Position numbers and translations under genes: made by a program
Shown: in pieces, positions 1 through 10,439 of the stretch
Position numbering within the stretch: position 1 is the first letter of the stretch
Layout: each line of letters starts with the position of its first letter
Assembly (NCBI GenBank): GCA_947496185.1
Contig: CANMCD010000009.1
Location: forward strand, 88,115-152,114
DNA length: 64,000 nt
Source: an uncultured Tenacibaculum sp.
GTDB taxonomy: Bacteria > Bacteroidota > Bacteroidia > Flavobacteriales > Flavobacteriaceae
Direction: 5' to 3'
Notes under the pieces: model-generated
Database searches by the model: none
The model's input: only the letters and a program-made list of their open reading frames with translations
What the model was told of the DNA's origin: nothing

Positions 1-3000
1 CCTATGACATTATCAATTTGTGGGTGTACATTGTCTCGTTCAAAAACCGTTAATACAATACCAAAGTGATTTTCACCTCCCCAAGCGGACAACACTTCAG
101 AGAAAAGGGTTAGCAATGCTGCTGAAGGCGTTAATTGTTGTTGGGTTGCCTCCTTAACAAACGCTGACCAAATTTCTTGAGTAAGCAGTTGTTCTTTTCT
201 CCCAAACCCACTAAAAACATGATTTCTACTAATATCAACAGGTAACTTGGGTGCTTCAGGAAGTGTTTCTATTCGAGCTGTCCAATAGGTTTTATCTATT
301 TGATACCTATTCCCCTCTTTTCTTCTTTCTAGGTAACTTACATAGTCTCTAAAAGAAACTGTTATCGGAGCTAAGCTTTGGCCTTGGTATATTTTGTATA
401 AATCTTTCCAAAAAATATTAATACTTAAAGCATCTGAACTGATAAAATCCAATCCAAAATGAATCATCCAATTATTGGGTGCCATTTCCGTTAACCTCAA
501 CTCAAATGATGGTGTACCGTATGCTGGAGTTCTCACCGCCATGACATTTTTTATATCAGCTATATGCTTCGTTATATTTTTAATTTGAGAATAGGTATAA
601 ACTTCTGGGGTGTATTTTAAGACGGGGAGAATTTGCTGTTTTCCGTCTCTATGATTGACGGAGCGAAGCATTTCGTGTCGTATTATTAGTTGATTCAATG
701 CGGCTGTAAATTTTGCTACATCTAGGTTTCCTGCTAAAATTTCCATATAACCATAACAGGTAAATCCTCCCCAAGCTATTTCAGGATTTTTACCTACGAA
801 ATAGGCATTTTGTACTTCTGTAAAATTGAATTTTTCGTGTCTGTTTTTTTCATCTATCACAAATGCAATCGCATCTTCTACCTCATCTCTTTCATTGCTT
901 TTTATTTTTTCAAGAATAATTTCTGCCCAAGCAGCAATCGTTGGTTTTTTAAAAAATAAGACTGGTTTTAATGAAAGGCTAAGTGCTGCTCTCCATTTCT
1001 TCAATAGTCTGGTGACTGCAATAGAATCTATTCCTAAGACCAACAAACTTTCGTCATTACGTAACTCTTCTTCTTCAAACCCGAATCTCCTCAAAAGCGT
1101 CTGTCTTATAAAAATAATAACCTCTTCTTTGGTTTTCAGTTGGTGAATTGAGGATACTAGGTTGTTTTCTTGTGCTTCAAAAGATGTTTCTTGCTCTCTA
1201 ATGGCGTTTTGAATAACCGCCATTATTCGGGGCAAATGTTTTCTTTCTGCTGCTGATAGACTGTTTTGATCTATAAAACGTTCTAGGTTTTGAAAATCTA
1301 TACCTGTTAACGTACTAGTGCTCTCTTTATCTTCTTTAACACGTATATTCTTTTCATTAAACTTATAATTTGGAACAAATACTTTGGTAAAATTTGCTTT
1401 GTTATAGTACTGCTTCCAATCGATATCGACTCCAAAACCGTCCAAATAAAATACACTTTTTTCGATTTGTTTCGAAGTTGTTTCTTCTTTACTATTAATA
1501 AACTGAACGTCTATTTTTTCTCCTAAAATGTTTTCTATCTTTTCCGTAAGTGCTCCTGTTGATCCCATTTCAAGAAATATGTAATCTTGAGGATTTTTGA
1601 TCGATTGTATGATTTTCATAAATCGAGTTTGTCCTAAATTTAACACCTCCCAATAACGAGCGGAAGCAACTTCTGTTCTCCCTATTGCTCCCGTGACGTT
1701 GGATATAAACCGTCCTTTTGGTGCCGAATATGTAAATGCTTTTGATATCGCTTCAAATGTTCTTCCTTGGCTACTTATTAGTCTTATCGCATGTTCTAAA
1801 CTCATTACATTATCCAAACATCCAGCAACATATTCTCCTATACCATGCCCCATAAAGTAAGTGGGTTCTATACCGTAATGCATCGATGTTTTTGCTAATG
1901 CGTATGCTACTGCAAAAGATGCCACTTGTATGGATTGGGTTTCGTGTAATTGATCGTTATTGGAAAATATATAGGGAATGAAGTCCTCTCCTGTAATTTT
2001 TTGATAATGCGTATTACACAGGATTATATTCTTTTTAAATATTTCATTTTCTTTATAAAACGTCTTACACACATAAGGGCACTTCGACCCCTCATTACCA
2101 AATAAAAATATTATTTTTTTATGCTTTGAAATAATCGTGTCATCAATGTTTGTATTTTCTTTCAAAGCAAGTGCTAAGTTTCTCAAAAGCTCTTTACGGT
2201 CCTTTGCCCAAATAACAACTCTTGACTTTTGCTGTACTCTGGATATGTTTTGGCTATAGGATAGGTCTTTCATAGAGACCGTTGCTTGTTGTTCAATATA
2301 AATCTTAAAACAAGCTATTTGATTTTTTAATGCCGATGAGTTGACTGCCGAGAATCTGAATGGCCATTTTTTTTCAACATCGGTCGTTACTTCTTTTGCT
2401 GTTTCTTTTATAAGGCTTTTGTATTCTTGTAAAACAATATGGGCATTGGTTCCTGATAAACCAAATGAACTTACTGCTGCAATTCTATTTCCTTTTTCTT
2501 TCTGCCATGTTATATTTTTTTGAGCGACTTTTATAGGAATATTTTGCCAGTTAATATGCGTAGATGGTTTTTCAAAATTTACATTGCCTGGGATGGTTTT
2601 ATTCGTTAGTGCTAATACTGTTTTTATCACTCCCGCAACCCCTGACGCTGCTTCTAGATTTCCTATAGCAGATTTTATGGCACCTAAATATAATGGAGCC
2701 TTTCTCTGTTTGCCTACAACATTGGTCAAGGCGCTAACTTCTATCGGATCGCCAATTTGGGTTCCTGTTCCATTTGTTTCCATAAAATCGATATCTGTCG
2801 ATTTTATTTTACTACGTTCCCATACTTGATGTATCAGTTTTTCCTGTGAAGGACCATGTGGTGCTGTAAGCCCTGCACTTAATCCGTCTTGATTTACACC
2901 ACTTGCACTAATTATTGCATGAATCTTATCTCCGTCTTTTTCTGCCGCTGATAATCTTTTTAAAATTACCACACCACATCCTTCCCCTCTTACAGTTCCG

Positions 3001-3794
3001 TTTGAAGCTGCATCAAAACTTCGTAGCTCACAATTTGGTGACAAGATATCTAAGGAAGCCATTAGCTCAGTGGTCTTTGGTGATAACATTAGATTTACCC
3101 CTCCTGCCAAAGCCATGTCACAGTCTCCTATTAGCAAGCCCTTACATGCCTGATCAATGGCTACGAGTGACGAAGAACAAGCAGTGTCTAGGGTAATACC
3201 TGGGCCTTGAAATCCAAAAAAATAAGATACTCTCCCCGATAAAAACGAAGCACTTCCTCCCATCAGGTCATTTGGATTCTTTGATTTGTGCTCTTTGCCT
3301 GAAAAAAGTTTTAGTGTGTGATCAAAAGATGATATCCCCGCATATACTCCCGTTTTAGAACCTTTTAGTGCGTCAGGAGCATATCCTGCATTTTCAATCG
3401 CCTCCCATGACACCTTTAAAAACAACCTTTGTTGTGGATCAATTCGTGCTGCTTCCGATGGTGTCAATCTAAAAAGCTGATGGTCAAAAGCCTCTATATC
3501 TTCTTTTAAAAAACCTGCCTTTTGTAAATATGGATTATTTTCAATTTTTTCTCTAGGGTAGTCTGTCCAACGATCTTCAGGAACAGAAGAAATCATATTT
3601 TTTTGATCAACAATTGCTTGCCAGTATTCTTCCGGACTTGTAATACCTCCTGGTAAATGACATGCCATCCCAACTATAGCAATAGGCTCTAAATCTACGT
3701 GGGTATGTTTTTTGCTTACTTCCTTTTTAAGCTTTCTTATTTCAAGAAGTGCCTCTTTAAGAATTAATTCTTTACTTGTAATATTGGATGTCAT
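1..3794 (-). CDS. Hybrid PKS/NRPS, 3' part outside window: KS(non-canonical)-AT(degenerate)-ACP-heterocyclization (Cy) domain
   Basis: Hand translation from ATG at 3794 (MTSNITSKELILKEALLEIRKLK...EPIAIVGMACHLPG); spot-checked frame is open and absent from the ORF track because it leaves the window. KS motifs DPQQRL, GPGITLDTACSSS, ETNGTGT, GNLEAASG, SSFGLSGTNAH; AT remnant GHGIGE; ACP LGIDS (Ser 1023-1025); Cy motifs FTEVQNAYFVGK, RHEML, DFISSDALS (423-449), LPEAPKLP, TPSAALLTLFSEVLSAW. Confidence 0.93.
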   Translation of the reverse strand, partial: MTSNITSKELILKEALLEIRKLKKEVSKKHTHVDLEPIAIVGMACHLPGGITSPEEYWQAIVDQKNMISSVPEDRWTDYPREKIENNPYLQKAGFLKEDIEAFDHQLFRLTPSEAARIDPQQRLFLKVSWEAIENAGYAPDALKGSKTGVYAGISSFDHTLKLFSGKEHKSKNPNDLMGGSASFLSGRVSYFFGFQGPGITLDTACSSSLVAIDQACKGLLIGDCDMALAGGVNLMLSPKTTELMASLDILSPNCELRSFDAASNGTVRGEGCGVVILKRLSAAEKDGDKIHAIISASGVNQDGLSAGLTAPHGPSQEKLIHQVWERSKIKSTDIDFMETNGTGTQIGDPIEVSALTNVVGKQRKAPLYLGAIKSAIGNLEAASGVAGVIKTVLALTNKTIPGNVNFEKPSTHINWQNIPIKVAQKNITWQKEKGNRIAAVSSFGLSGTNAHIVLQEYKSLIKETAKEVTTDVEKKWPFRFSAVNSSALKNQIACFKIYIEQQATVSMKDLSYSQNISRVQQKSRVVIWAKDRKELLRNLALALKENTNIDDTIISKHKKIIFLFGNEGSKCPYVCKTFYKENEIFKKNIILCNTHYQKITGEDFIPYIFSNNDQLHETQSIQVASFAVAYALAKTSMHYGIEPTYFMGHGIGEYVAGCLDNVMSLEHAIRLISSQGRTFEAISKAFTYSAPKGRFISNVTGAIGRTEVASARYWEVLNLGQTRFMKIIQSIKNPQDYIFLEMGSTGALTEKIENILGEKIDVQFINSKEETTSKQIEKSVFYLDGFGVDIDWKQYYNKANFTKVFVPNYKFNEKNIRVKEDKESTSTLTGIDFQNLERFIDQNSLSAAERKHLPRIMAVIQNAIREQETSFEAQENNLVSSIHQLKTKEEVIIFIRQTLLRRFGFEEEELRNDESLLVLGIDSIAVTRLLKKWRAALSLSLKPVLFFKKPTIAAWAEIILEKIKSNERDEVEDAIAFVIDEKNRHEKFNFTEVQNAYFVGKNPEIAWGGFTCYGYMEILAGNLDVAKFTAALNQLIIRHEMLRSVNHRDGKQQILPVLKYTPEVYTYSQIKNITKHIADIKNVMAVRTPAYGTPSFELRLTEMAPNNWMIHFGLDFISSDALSINIFWKDLYKIYQGQSLAPITVSFRDYVSYLERRKEGNRYQIDKTYWTARIETLPEAPKLPVDISRNHVFSGFGRKEQLLTQEIWSAFVKEATQQQLTPSAALLTLFSEVLSAWGGENHFGIVLTVFERDNVHPQIDNVI

Positions 3795-3797
3795 TTT

Positions 3798-5966
3798 TTA
3801 ATTCTTTAGTTCATTGTACAAGAGTGATAATAATTCATCTTCTGATAAGTGGTCTATATTTTCTTCTTCCCTATCAGTACTTCCTTCCTCTGAAAAAATT
3901 GTCGTTGCCGCTATTTCTTCATTTTCTTTTTTCCACAAATAGTTTGTTAGATTCGTGATCGTATTATAATTGTATATATCCGTTGTCTGAACGGGTTGGG
4001 TTAATACCTCATCTAGTCCATCTCTTATATATAATGACATCATAGAATTAATTCCCATTTCTATAAAAGGTCTATTTATAGCTATACTTTCTTCTGAAAT
4101 CCCTAACTGATTTGCAAATAATGCTAGGATATATGCTCTTAAATCATTTTTGGATTTTATATTCTCAACTATATTCTCGAGGTTATTTTTTCGCTGATAA
4201 ATTGAAAGTACTTTGCGCAATTGGTCTTGTTCATACAGTAACCGAGCTTTCGTCCGTTGTATCTTTCCACTGGTTGTTCGTGGCACATGCATCGGTGGTA
4301 CAAAAACTATTGTATCTACAATTATTTCATGATTTTTAATGACCGCTTCGATTATGTCCTCCTTCCATTTTTCAAATTGAGGTGTACGAAGTGCCGCTCG
4401 TGTTAGCTCTTGAATGATTACTAATTTCTCTTGGTTGTTTTTTGTGACAGAAAATGCAGCAGTACCGTCTGTTCTCAGCTCATTTGAACTGGTAAAAACA
4501 GTTCTTTCAATGTCTTGGGGATAATGATTTAACCCTTTAATTATTATAACATCTTTGATACGTCCCGTTACGTATATATTCCCTTCTTCATCTAAAAAAC
4601 CTATGTCTCCTGTTTTAAGATGTATACTATTGTTTTGAGGTTCTTTAATGTAATATGTATTGGTTATTTTTTCTTTTCGATAATATCCTTTGGTTAAGGA
4701 AGGACCACTAAACCATAATTCTCCTATTTGGAATGGTGAAAGGATATTACTGTCTTTATCTCGAATACTAAGATTATGTTCTTCAATAAGGGTTCCATTA
4801 CTCACAAAAAATATAGCTGACGGGTCATTTTCAAAAATCTTAGTAGAGAATGGATCTATGACTCCCTGATCTTTTATTGCTATTTTATTATTTTGTAGTT
4901 GTTCTTTATCTAGTTTTACCCATTTTACATTATTACCATCATTATTCGAACTAACTACCAAAGTTGCCTCTGCAAGCCCATAACCGGGACACACAACGCC
5001 CTTTTTCATGTCAAAATCTTTGGCTACTCCGTTAAAACGTTGAATGGTTTTTATATGTACTGGTTCTGCCCCACAAATAAGCATTTTTAACGATGTAAGT
5101 GAAATTTGACTTTTCGCTTCTTTCGTTTTAAGTGCCGTTAATTTGGAAGCAACAAGTTCAATAGAAAAATTTGGCCCACCTGTATGGGTTCCTTTATAAA
5201 TTGTAATTGCTTTTAACCAAAGTAACGGCTCATTCATAAAGTCTGCTGGACTGATCAACACCGTGGTATACCCCGAAAATATTCCCTGAAGAATACCTAA
5301 AATCAACCCCATATCGTGGTAAAATGGAAGCCAAGAAACCATAACACTTTGCTCATTAAATTCAAATTTTTGTTTAAATGCTTTTAAATTATGATATAGT
5401 GAATCTTGAGCGACTATTACTCCTTTAGGGTTTCCCGTTGAACCAGAAGTATATTGTAAAAAAGAAATTTCATGAGGTGTATGTATTGGGATCTCCGTTG
5501 GTGCAAGGTTTTCTCCTACACCAACGAATAACTTTCTTGATACTTTTGGGGAATTGGAAAATATTCTTGCTAAATTTTCTAAAAAATCACTATTCGTTAT
5601 TATGGCTTTTACCTCAGCATCTTCGGCTATTTTTTCCCATTTATCAATTGGCTTATTTCTTGCTGGTTTGTTTAGTGGAACTGGTACGGCTCCAATCCAA
5701 TTACAGGCAAGAAATGAGACTAAAAACTCTAATCCTTGTGAAAAAATGAGCATACAGACGTCTCCGTGCTTTATCCCTGATTTAGACAATTGACCTGCAC
5801 ATCTTTTTACATTTTGCAACAGTTCATGAAACGTCAATTCTTTAGTTGATAAATCTGAGCTAAGCATACGAAAAGCTACTGCATTTGGGACTATTTCTGA
5901 TTTCTGAATCAACGATATAACCATCGTACTCGATTCAATGTCAAGCCTATCTGTCATAATGTTCAT
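3798..5966 (-). CDS. Fatty acyl-AMP ligase (FAAL) fused to an ACP
   Basis: FLQYTSGSTGNPKG, SWLPFYHDMGLI, PGYGLAEATL, FAAL-type insertion before VSNG, LKTGDIGF, GRIKDVII, PRTTSGKIQR; C-terminal carrier domain MGINSM; stop 3 bp before PKS start. Confidence 0.92.
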   Translation of the reverse strand: MNIMTDRLDIESSTMVISLIQKSEIVPNAVAFRMLSSDLSTKELTFHELLQNVKRCAGQLSKSGIKHGDVCMLIFSQGLEFLVSFLACNWIGAVPVPLNKPARNKPIDKWEKIAEDAEVKAIITNSDFLENLARIFSNSPKVSRKLFVGVGENLAPTEIPIHTPHEISFLQYTSGSTGNPKGVIVAQDSLYHNLKAFKQKFEFNEQSVMVSWLPFYHDMGLILGILQGIFSGYTTVLISPADFMNEPLLWLKAITIYKGTHTGGPNFSIELVASKLTALKTKEAKSQISLTSLKMLICGAEPVHIKTIQRFNGVAKDFDMKKGVVCPGYGLAEATLVVSSNNDGNNVKWVKLDKEQLQNNKIAIKDQGVIDPFSTKIFENDPSAIFFVSNGTLIEEHNLSIRDKDSNILSPFQIGELWFSGPSLTKGYYRKEKITNTYYIKEPQNNSIHLKTGDIGFLDEEGNIYVTGRIKDVIIIKGLNHYPQDIERTVFTSSNELRTDGTAAFSVTKNNQEKLVIIQELTRAALRTPQFEKWKEDIIEAVIKNHEIIVDTIVFVPPMHVPRTTSGKIQRTKARLLYEQDQLRKVLSIYQRKNNLENIVENIKSKNDLRAYILALFANQLGISEESIAINRPFIEMGINSMMSLYIRDGLDEVLTQPVQTTDIYNYNTITNLTNYLWKKENEEIAATTIFSEEGSTDREEENIDHLSEDELLSLLYNELKN

Positions 5967-6235
5967 TTTTACTCTTTTTATTTCCTCTTAAAACAAACAA
6001 TACAAACCACAATTATTGAAGGGGTCAATATCAAATCAATATTTACGTAAAGGATAAAACCCCTTTATTTGTAAATACAAATTCGTCTAGGTTAAAAAAT
6101 TCGATACACAATTAATATTTGTGTAAAGCTGAAAGTTAATTATGCTCTCTTCTATATTGAAAACATTGTTTTAACACACATTCTTAGTTTTTTTATTCTT
6201 GGGGTTTATTGTTTTCTAATTGTTATACAACCTAT

Positions 6236-7123
6236 TTAAACTACTTCTACCAAACCTTTACCAGTAAGTAAATGAAAATAAACGTCTTCTAATGAAGGTT
6301 TTTTAGCTACAAACCCTCCGCTAGGTTCGTATTCCGCATATACTGTAGCGATCATTTTTCCTAAATGAAATCTGCTGGAAATAAGGTTATGTGTTTGTTT
6401 ATAGGTTTTCAAATCGTTCTTATCAATTTCTTTTTCCCATAACTTCCCATCTAGCGATGCTTCTAATACAGATGGATTCCCTTCTAAAAGGACTTTTCCT
6501 CCTCCTATGATAGCCATTTGATTACACAGCGTACTTACATCTTCCACAATATGAGTAGATAGTATCACAACTCTATTTTCTCCTATTTCAGACAGTAAAT
6601 TATAAAACCTATTTCTTTCTGCAGGGTCTAATCCTGCTGTAGGTTCATCCACAATTATTAATTGCGGTTGCCCTAATAAAGCCTGCGCAATTCCGAAACG
6701 TTGTTTCATTCCTCCTGAATAGCTATCCAACCTCTTTTTACGAACATCATACAAATTGACCATATGTAATAATCCTTCAATTTGTTCTTTTCGTTCTCTT
6801 TTGTTGATGATCCCTTTTAAATCAGCAATATGATCTAACAATTCAACTGCAGAAACATTCGGGTATACCCCAAATTCTTGTGGCAAGTACCCTAAAACTT
6901 TTCGTAACTCTTCTGGTTTTTCAGATATGTTAATTCCATTAAAGTGAACGGTTCCATTATCTGCATCTTGTAATGTTGCAATGGTTCTCATTAAAGAACT
7001 TTTACCTGCACCGTTCTGCCCTAAAAGTCCAAACATTCCTTTACCAATGGTTAGGTCTATTCCTTGCAGTGCTTTCACACCGTTTTTATAGGTTTTAGAG
7101 AGGTTTTTTATTTCGAGTTTCAT
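6236..7123 (-). CDS. ABC transporter ATP-binding protein
   Basis: Walker A GQNGAGKS, signature YSGGMKQR, Walker B IIVDEPT. Confidence 0.95.
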   Translation of the reverse strand: MKLEIKNLSKTYKNGVKALQGIDLTIGKGMFGLLGQNGAGKSSLMRTIATLQDADNGTVHFNGINISEKPEELRKVLGYLPQEFGVYPNVSAVELLDHIADLKGIINKRERKEQIEGLLHMVNLYDVRKKRLDSYSGGMKQRFGIAQALLGQPQLIIVDEPTAGLDPAERNRFYNLLSEIGENRVVILSTHIVEDVSTLCNQMAIIGGGKVLLEGNPSVLEASLDGKLWEKEIDKNDLKTYKQTHNLISSRFHLGKMIATVYAEYEPSGGFVAKKPSLEDVYFHLLTGKGLVEVV

Positions 7124-7158
7124 TGTTTGGTTCTTACGTGTGTTATTAATTGTTATGT

Positions 7159-10100
7159 TTATCTGACTACTTTTTCAAAACCATTTTTTATCGCTATAAT
7201 ATCTTTTTGTTTTAGTTTCTTGAAAGCTGGGGTATTTTTGATAGTATTATAGAGGTCTACAAAACAGGCTTGCTTGTATTCTCTATTTTTCACCCAGTTC
7301 AAAACGATCGCATTAAACGTTTTGAACCCTAACTTTTTACTTAGATTATATAATTGAGCTACTCCTTTATTTTTCTCTAAGTAGTCCATACCATCTGCTG
7401 CAATCAAAGCAGGTTCTATATTTGGCTCATTACCACTATCTCTATGATAAACTCCTTGCTTTTTTATGAGTAGGTTCTCTACAACTTGCTCTCCGTGTAA
7501 TTTATCTACCACTTGTAATGACAAACATGCAGGAAGTGCATATCGTAGCATATCTGCTCCTTGAACATTGGCAATATTTAGCTCTTCTACCACCCAATGT
7601 GTCATCATTTGTGAAGCAGCACAAAAAGATATGTATCCTTTATTATTTTCTGATTTTGTATCTGCAAACCATCCTTCTTTTTCGGATATAGCAATCGTAT
7701 TAGGAAAAGAATAAAGCGGTTTTTGATAATGTGGAATCTCAACAATTCTCATTTCAGTGTAAGGGTACTGCTCAAACGCGTCAAGTACAAAGTCGTATGT
7801 TTTTTTGATGGTTTCCTTATAGAGTTCTATATTGAACTTATGTTTCTCATGATGCAAGACATTAATGTCTATCCCTTTATAACGCTCACTATTTTTACCA
7901 TAAATAGCAGAACCGAAATACCAATTAAAAGGGGAATCATTCTCAAGCTGGTATTGATAAAAGTTTCTATTGCCTTCTTTCCATACTTTCATTTGTTTTC
8001 CTGGACCAAAAGCAAATTGGTTTTCTGAAGTACTAATCGTAATATTTCCTTTAAATCTTTCTGCATCTGGAGCAAAAATGTCTTGACTTACGGCATTTTT
8101 ATCATCAACTTTCTCCATTCTAGAAACCAATTTCAAAAGTTCCCAATCTCCACGATAGCGATTTTCTTTTAGCTCTCTATCTTTCTGATAACCTACGGTT
8201 GGTAGTAGATCTCTAACAAATAAAAACGATCCATTATAGGTTATCTGAGGCTGTTGTGTAAACTTATCTTGTGTAAATCCTTTATGAGCTCTTGCGCCTA
8301 TGATTTCTAACACACCTTGTTCACAAGTTTTTATTGACAATGGTATCGCCAAAATATCCAATTCTAAATCATGCCATACTGGTTTTATTTCTTTACCCTC
8401 CCATTTAATAGATGAGTAAGTTGTAAAATCAGGAAGATTTAGATACACCTCTTCTATATTTTTATCTTTAGATACGTTTTGTAAAGCTAAGTTTGCTTTA
8501 AATTTTACGGTTCTTTCTTCTGGATAAAAATCTACACCCACCCCTGCATTGGTAATCTTTGGTTGTAGTACTTTACTTAACTCTTTGTATTTTTTTTCGT
8601 AGGCTGCACACTTCTTTTGTCCTTCTAAATTACTTTCAAAATTGTCAAGATTATTTACATTGGATACAATAAATGATTGTAGCAATAAAAAAACAATGGC
8701 CAACCCTGCAACTATTCCTCTACCTGTCCAGTTGAGCTGTACTCCTTTACACGTTAATTTTTCTTTTAGTTTAAAATCAGCACCTCTTTTCCAGAAATAA
8801 ACCCCTATAAAAACAAAGATTATTGCCAAAATCGTCCATAACAACCAAAACCAAGGGATTGAAGTCTCCCAAATACCGTAGCCATTCATTTCTGAATAGT
8901 CATCTACTCCTGGTACATACATATATATAAAACGTAACTGTTCTATAATCTCAAGCTCGTAACTTATCATGTTAAAAAAGAAGAACCATATTGATAAAAT
9001 ATGCGTTGCAAATCTGTTTGCTGTAATACCTGCAAATAAGACCACGATAGCAATCATTTGAAGATAGTTTAACCAGCCCCATTTATATCCAAATACATCG
9101 GAAATATAAAGTGATAAATTGATCTCATTAGCTGCCCCTAGTAGCATTTGTGCTACGATTCCAAAAACCATAAACATGGCTGACAAAACAAAAGCTACCA
9201 TGCCCATTGCAAAAACTTTGGGCAATACTACCAACCAAGCAGGTATCGGTAAAGCATCTTTTACCTGCCAAATCTTAAATAACCGATCTTTGAATAACAA
9301 TTCTGCAGTCCATATCATTAAAATAATCGTCAACCAAGTACCTGCAGTTATTCGGGTATTGGTCATAATAGATGTTAGGGCGTGACTTGATCCAATGTAA
9401 AAGGATTCATTCCATAATAAATTTCTAAGTATAAAAACAATACTCAGTATTAATATTAAAATTTTAAATCCACGGGTTCTCACAACATTTTTGAACTCCA
9501 ATAAAGTTAATCGGAATAACTTATTGCAATAATCTACAAACCGTGTACTAATTCTTGGTGAACTAATTCGAATTTCTTTACCCTTTGTAAGCCCCGATGG
9601 TATTGCTATTTCATTGTCTTTCTTTTTACCAGAAACTGGTACTATAAATTGTTTAAAGGTAAACCGTCTAAATGCTACTAATAAATAGACAAATGATACC
9701 CCAATCCATATCGCTCTATTTATCCAAAAGGGCATATCTAAAGGGATGTATGTATAATTTTTGGCTGCAGCTGGTAATGCATCTAAAGCAATCACTGTAT
9801 AAACAAAAGATGAGGGGTCTAATAATTGAAGGATTTCAAGGTTGGAAGAAGTAGGGCGAACCGTCTCGCAAACAAAGAAAATAAGTGTAATAAAAAACGT
9901 ACTCAGATAGCTTGCTCCTATTCTTTTAAACATCACCAAAGATGCTATTGCAAATGCCGTATAAATAAAAAGGTTGGTCGCTGTAAAAACAAAAAAACCG
10001 TGAAACATTTGTCCCCAAGGCATCACCCCAAACTTATCTGCTGCCCCTATTCCTACGTAAGGAGTTACCATTAAGCCGACAAATATTCCGAATCCTAAAA

Positions 10101-10437
10101 GTAGGTTAACAACATAGGCTGCTAAAAACTTCCCTACGAAGAATTTTTTATCATTCTTTGCTGCAGGGTATATGATACTTCCCATTTTATATTGTATATC
10201 TCTATACAAGGAAGTTCCTGTCACCAAAGCTATTACAATAGTCAATACAATACCGCCTCCTGCAAAGCTTCTGTAAAACAATGCTGCTCCATTCATTTGG
10301 GTAGCATCATTAATATACACTTCATATGCCCCTTGTATAAACCATACCGCCTGAAACATCATTAAGGCAAAAAAGAAATAAAACAGCGGTTGTTTTAATC
10401 TATTGAGTATCTCAAATTTTACGATCCTTCCTATCAT
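7159..10437 (-). CDS. ABC-2 type permease fused to an M1-aminopeptidase-like domain (metal ligands degenerate)
   Basis: Two multi-TM blocks followed by a soluble domain with family-like segments YPYTEMRIVEIPHY, SFPNTIAISE, QGADML, YLEKNKG; HExxH region reads SQMMTHW. Confidence 0.8.
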   Translation of the reverse strand: MIGRIVKFEILNRLKQPLFYFFFALMMFQAVWFIQGAYEVYINDATQMNGAALFYRSFAGGGIVLTIVIALVTGTSLYRDIQYKMGSIIYPAAKNDKKFFVGKFLAAYVVNLLLGFGIFVGLMVTPYVGIGAADKFGVMPWGQMFHGFFVFTATNLFIYTAFAIASLVMFKRIGASYLSTFFITLIFFVCETVRPTSSNLEILQLLDPSSFVYTVIALDALPAAAKNYTYIPLDMPFWINRAIWIGVSFVYLLVAFRRFTFKQFIVPVSGKKKDNEIAIPSGLTKGKEIRISSPRISTRFVDYCNKLFRLTLLEFKNVVRTRGFKILILILSIVFILRNLLWNESFYIGSSHALTSIMTNTRITAGTWLTIILMIWTAELLFKDRLFKIWQVKDALPIPAWLVVLPKVFAMGMVAFVLSAMFMVFGIVAQMLLGAANEINLSLYISDVFGYKWGWLNYLQMIAIVVLFAGITANRFATHILSIWFFFFNMISYELEIIEQLRFIYMYVPGVDDYSEMNGYGIWETSIPWFWLLWTILAIIFVFIGVYFWKRGADFKLKEKLTCKGVQLNWTGRGIVAGLAIVFLLLQSFIVSNVNNLDNFESNLEGQKKCAAYEKKYKELSKVLQPKITNAGVGVDFYPEERTVKFKANLALQNVSKDKNIEEVYLNLPDFTTYSSIKWEGKEIKPVWHDLELDILAIPLSIKTCEQGVLEIIGARAHKGFTQDKFTQQPQITYNGSFLFVRDLLPTVGYQKDRELKENRYRGDWELLKLVSRMEKVDDKNAVSQDIFAPDAERFKGNITISTSENQFAFGPGKQMKVWKEGNRNFYQYQLENDSPFNWYFGSAIYGKNSERYKGIDINVLHHEKHKFNIELYKETIKKTYDFVLDAFEQYPYTEMRIVEIPHYQKPLYSFPNTIAISEKEGWFADTKSENNKGYISFCAASQMMTHWVVEELNIANVQGADMLRYALPACLSLQVVDKLHGEQVVENLLIKKQGVYHRDSGNEPNIEPALIAADGMDYLEKNKGVAQLYNLSKKLGFKTFNAIVLNWVKNREYKQACFVDLYNTIKNTPAFKKLKQKDIIAIKNGFEKVVR

Positions 10438-10439
10438 TT

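Noticed and set aside
826-5793. Short + strand ORFs opposite the PKS and FAAL, and similar shadow ORFs opposite other long genes in the window
   Set aside because: Antisense or out-of-frame to well-supported genes, no recognisable motifs
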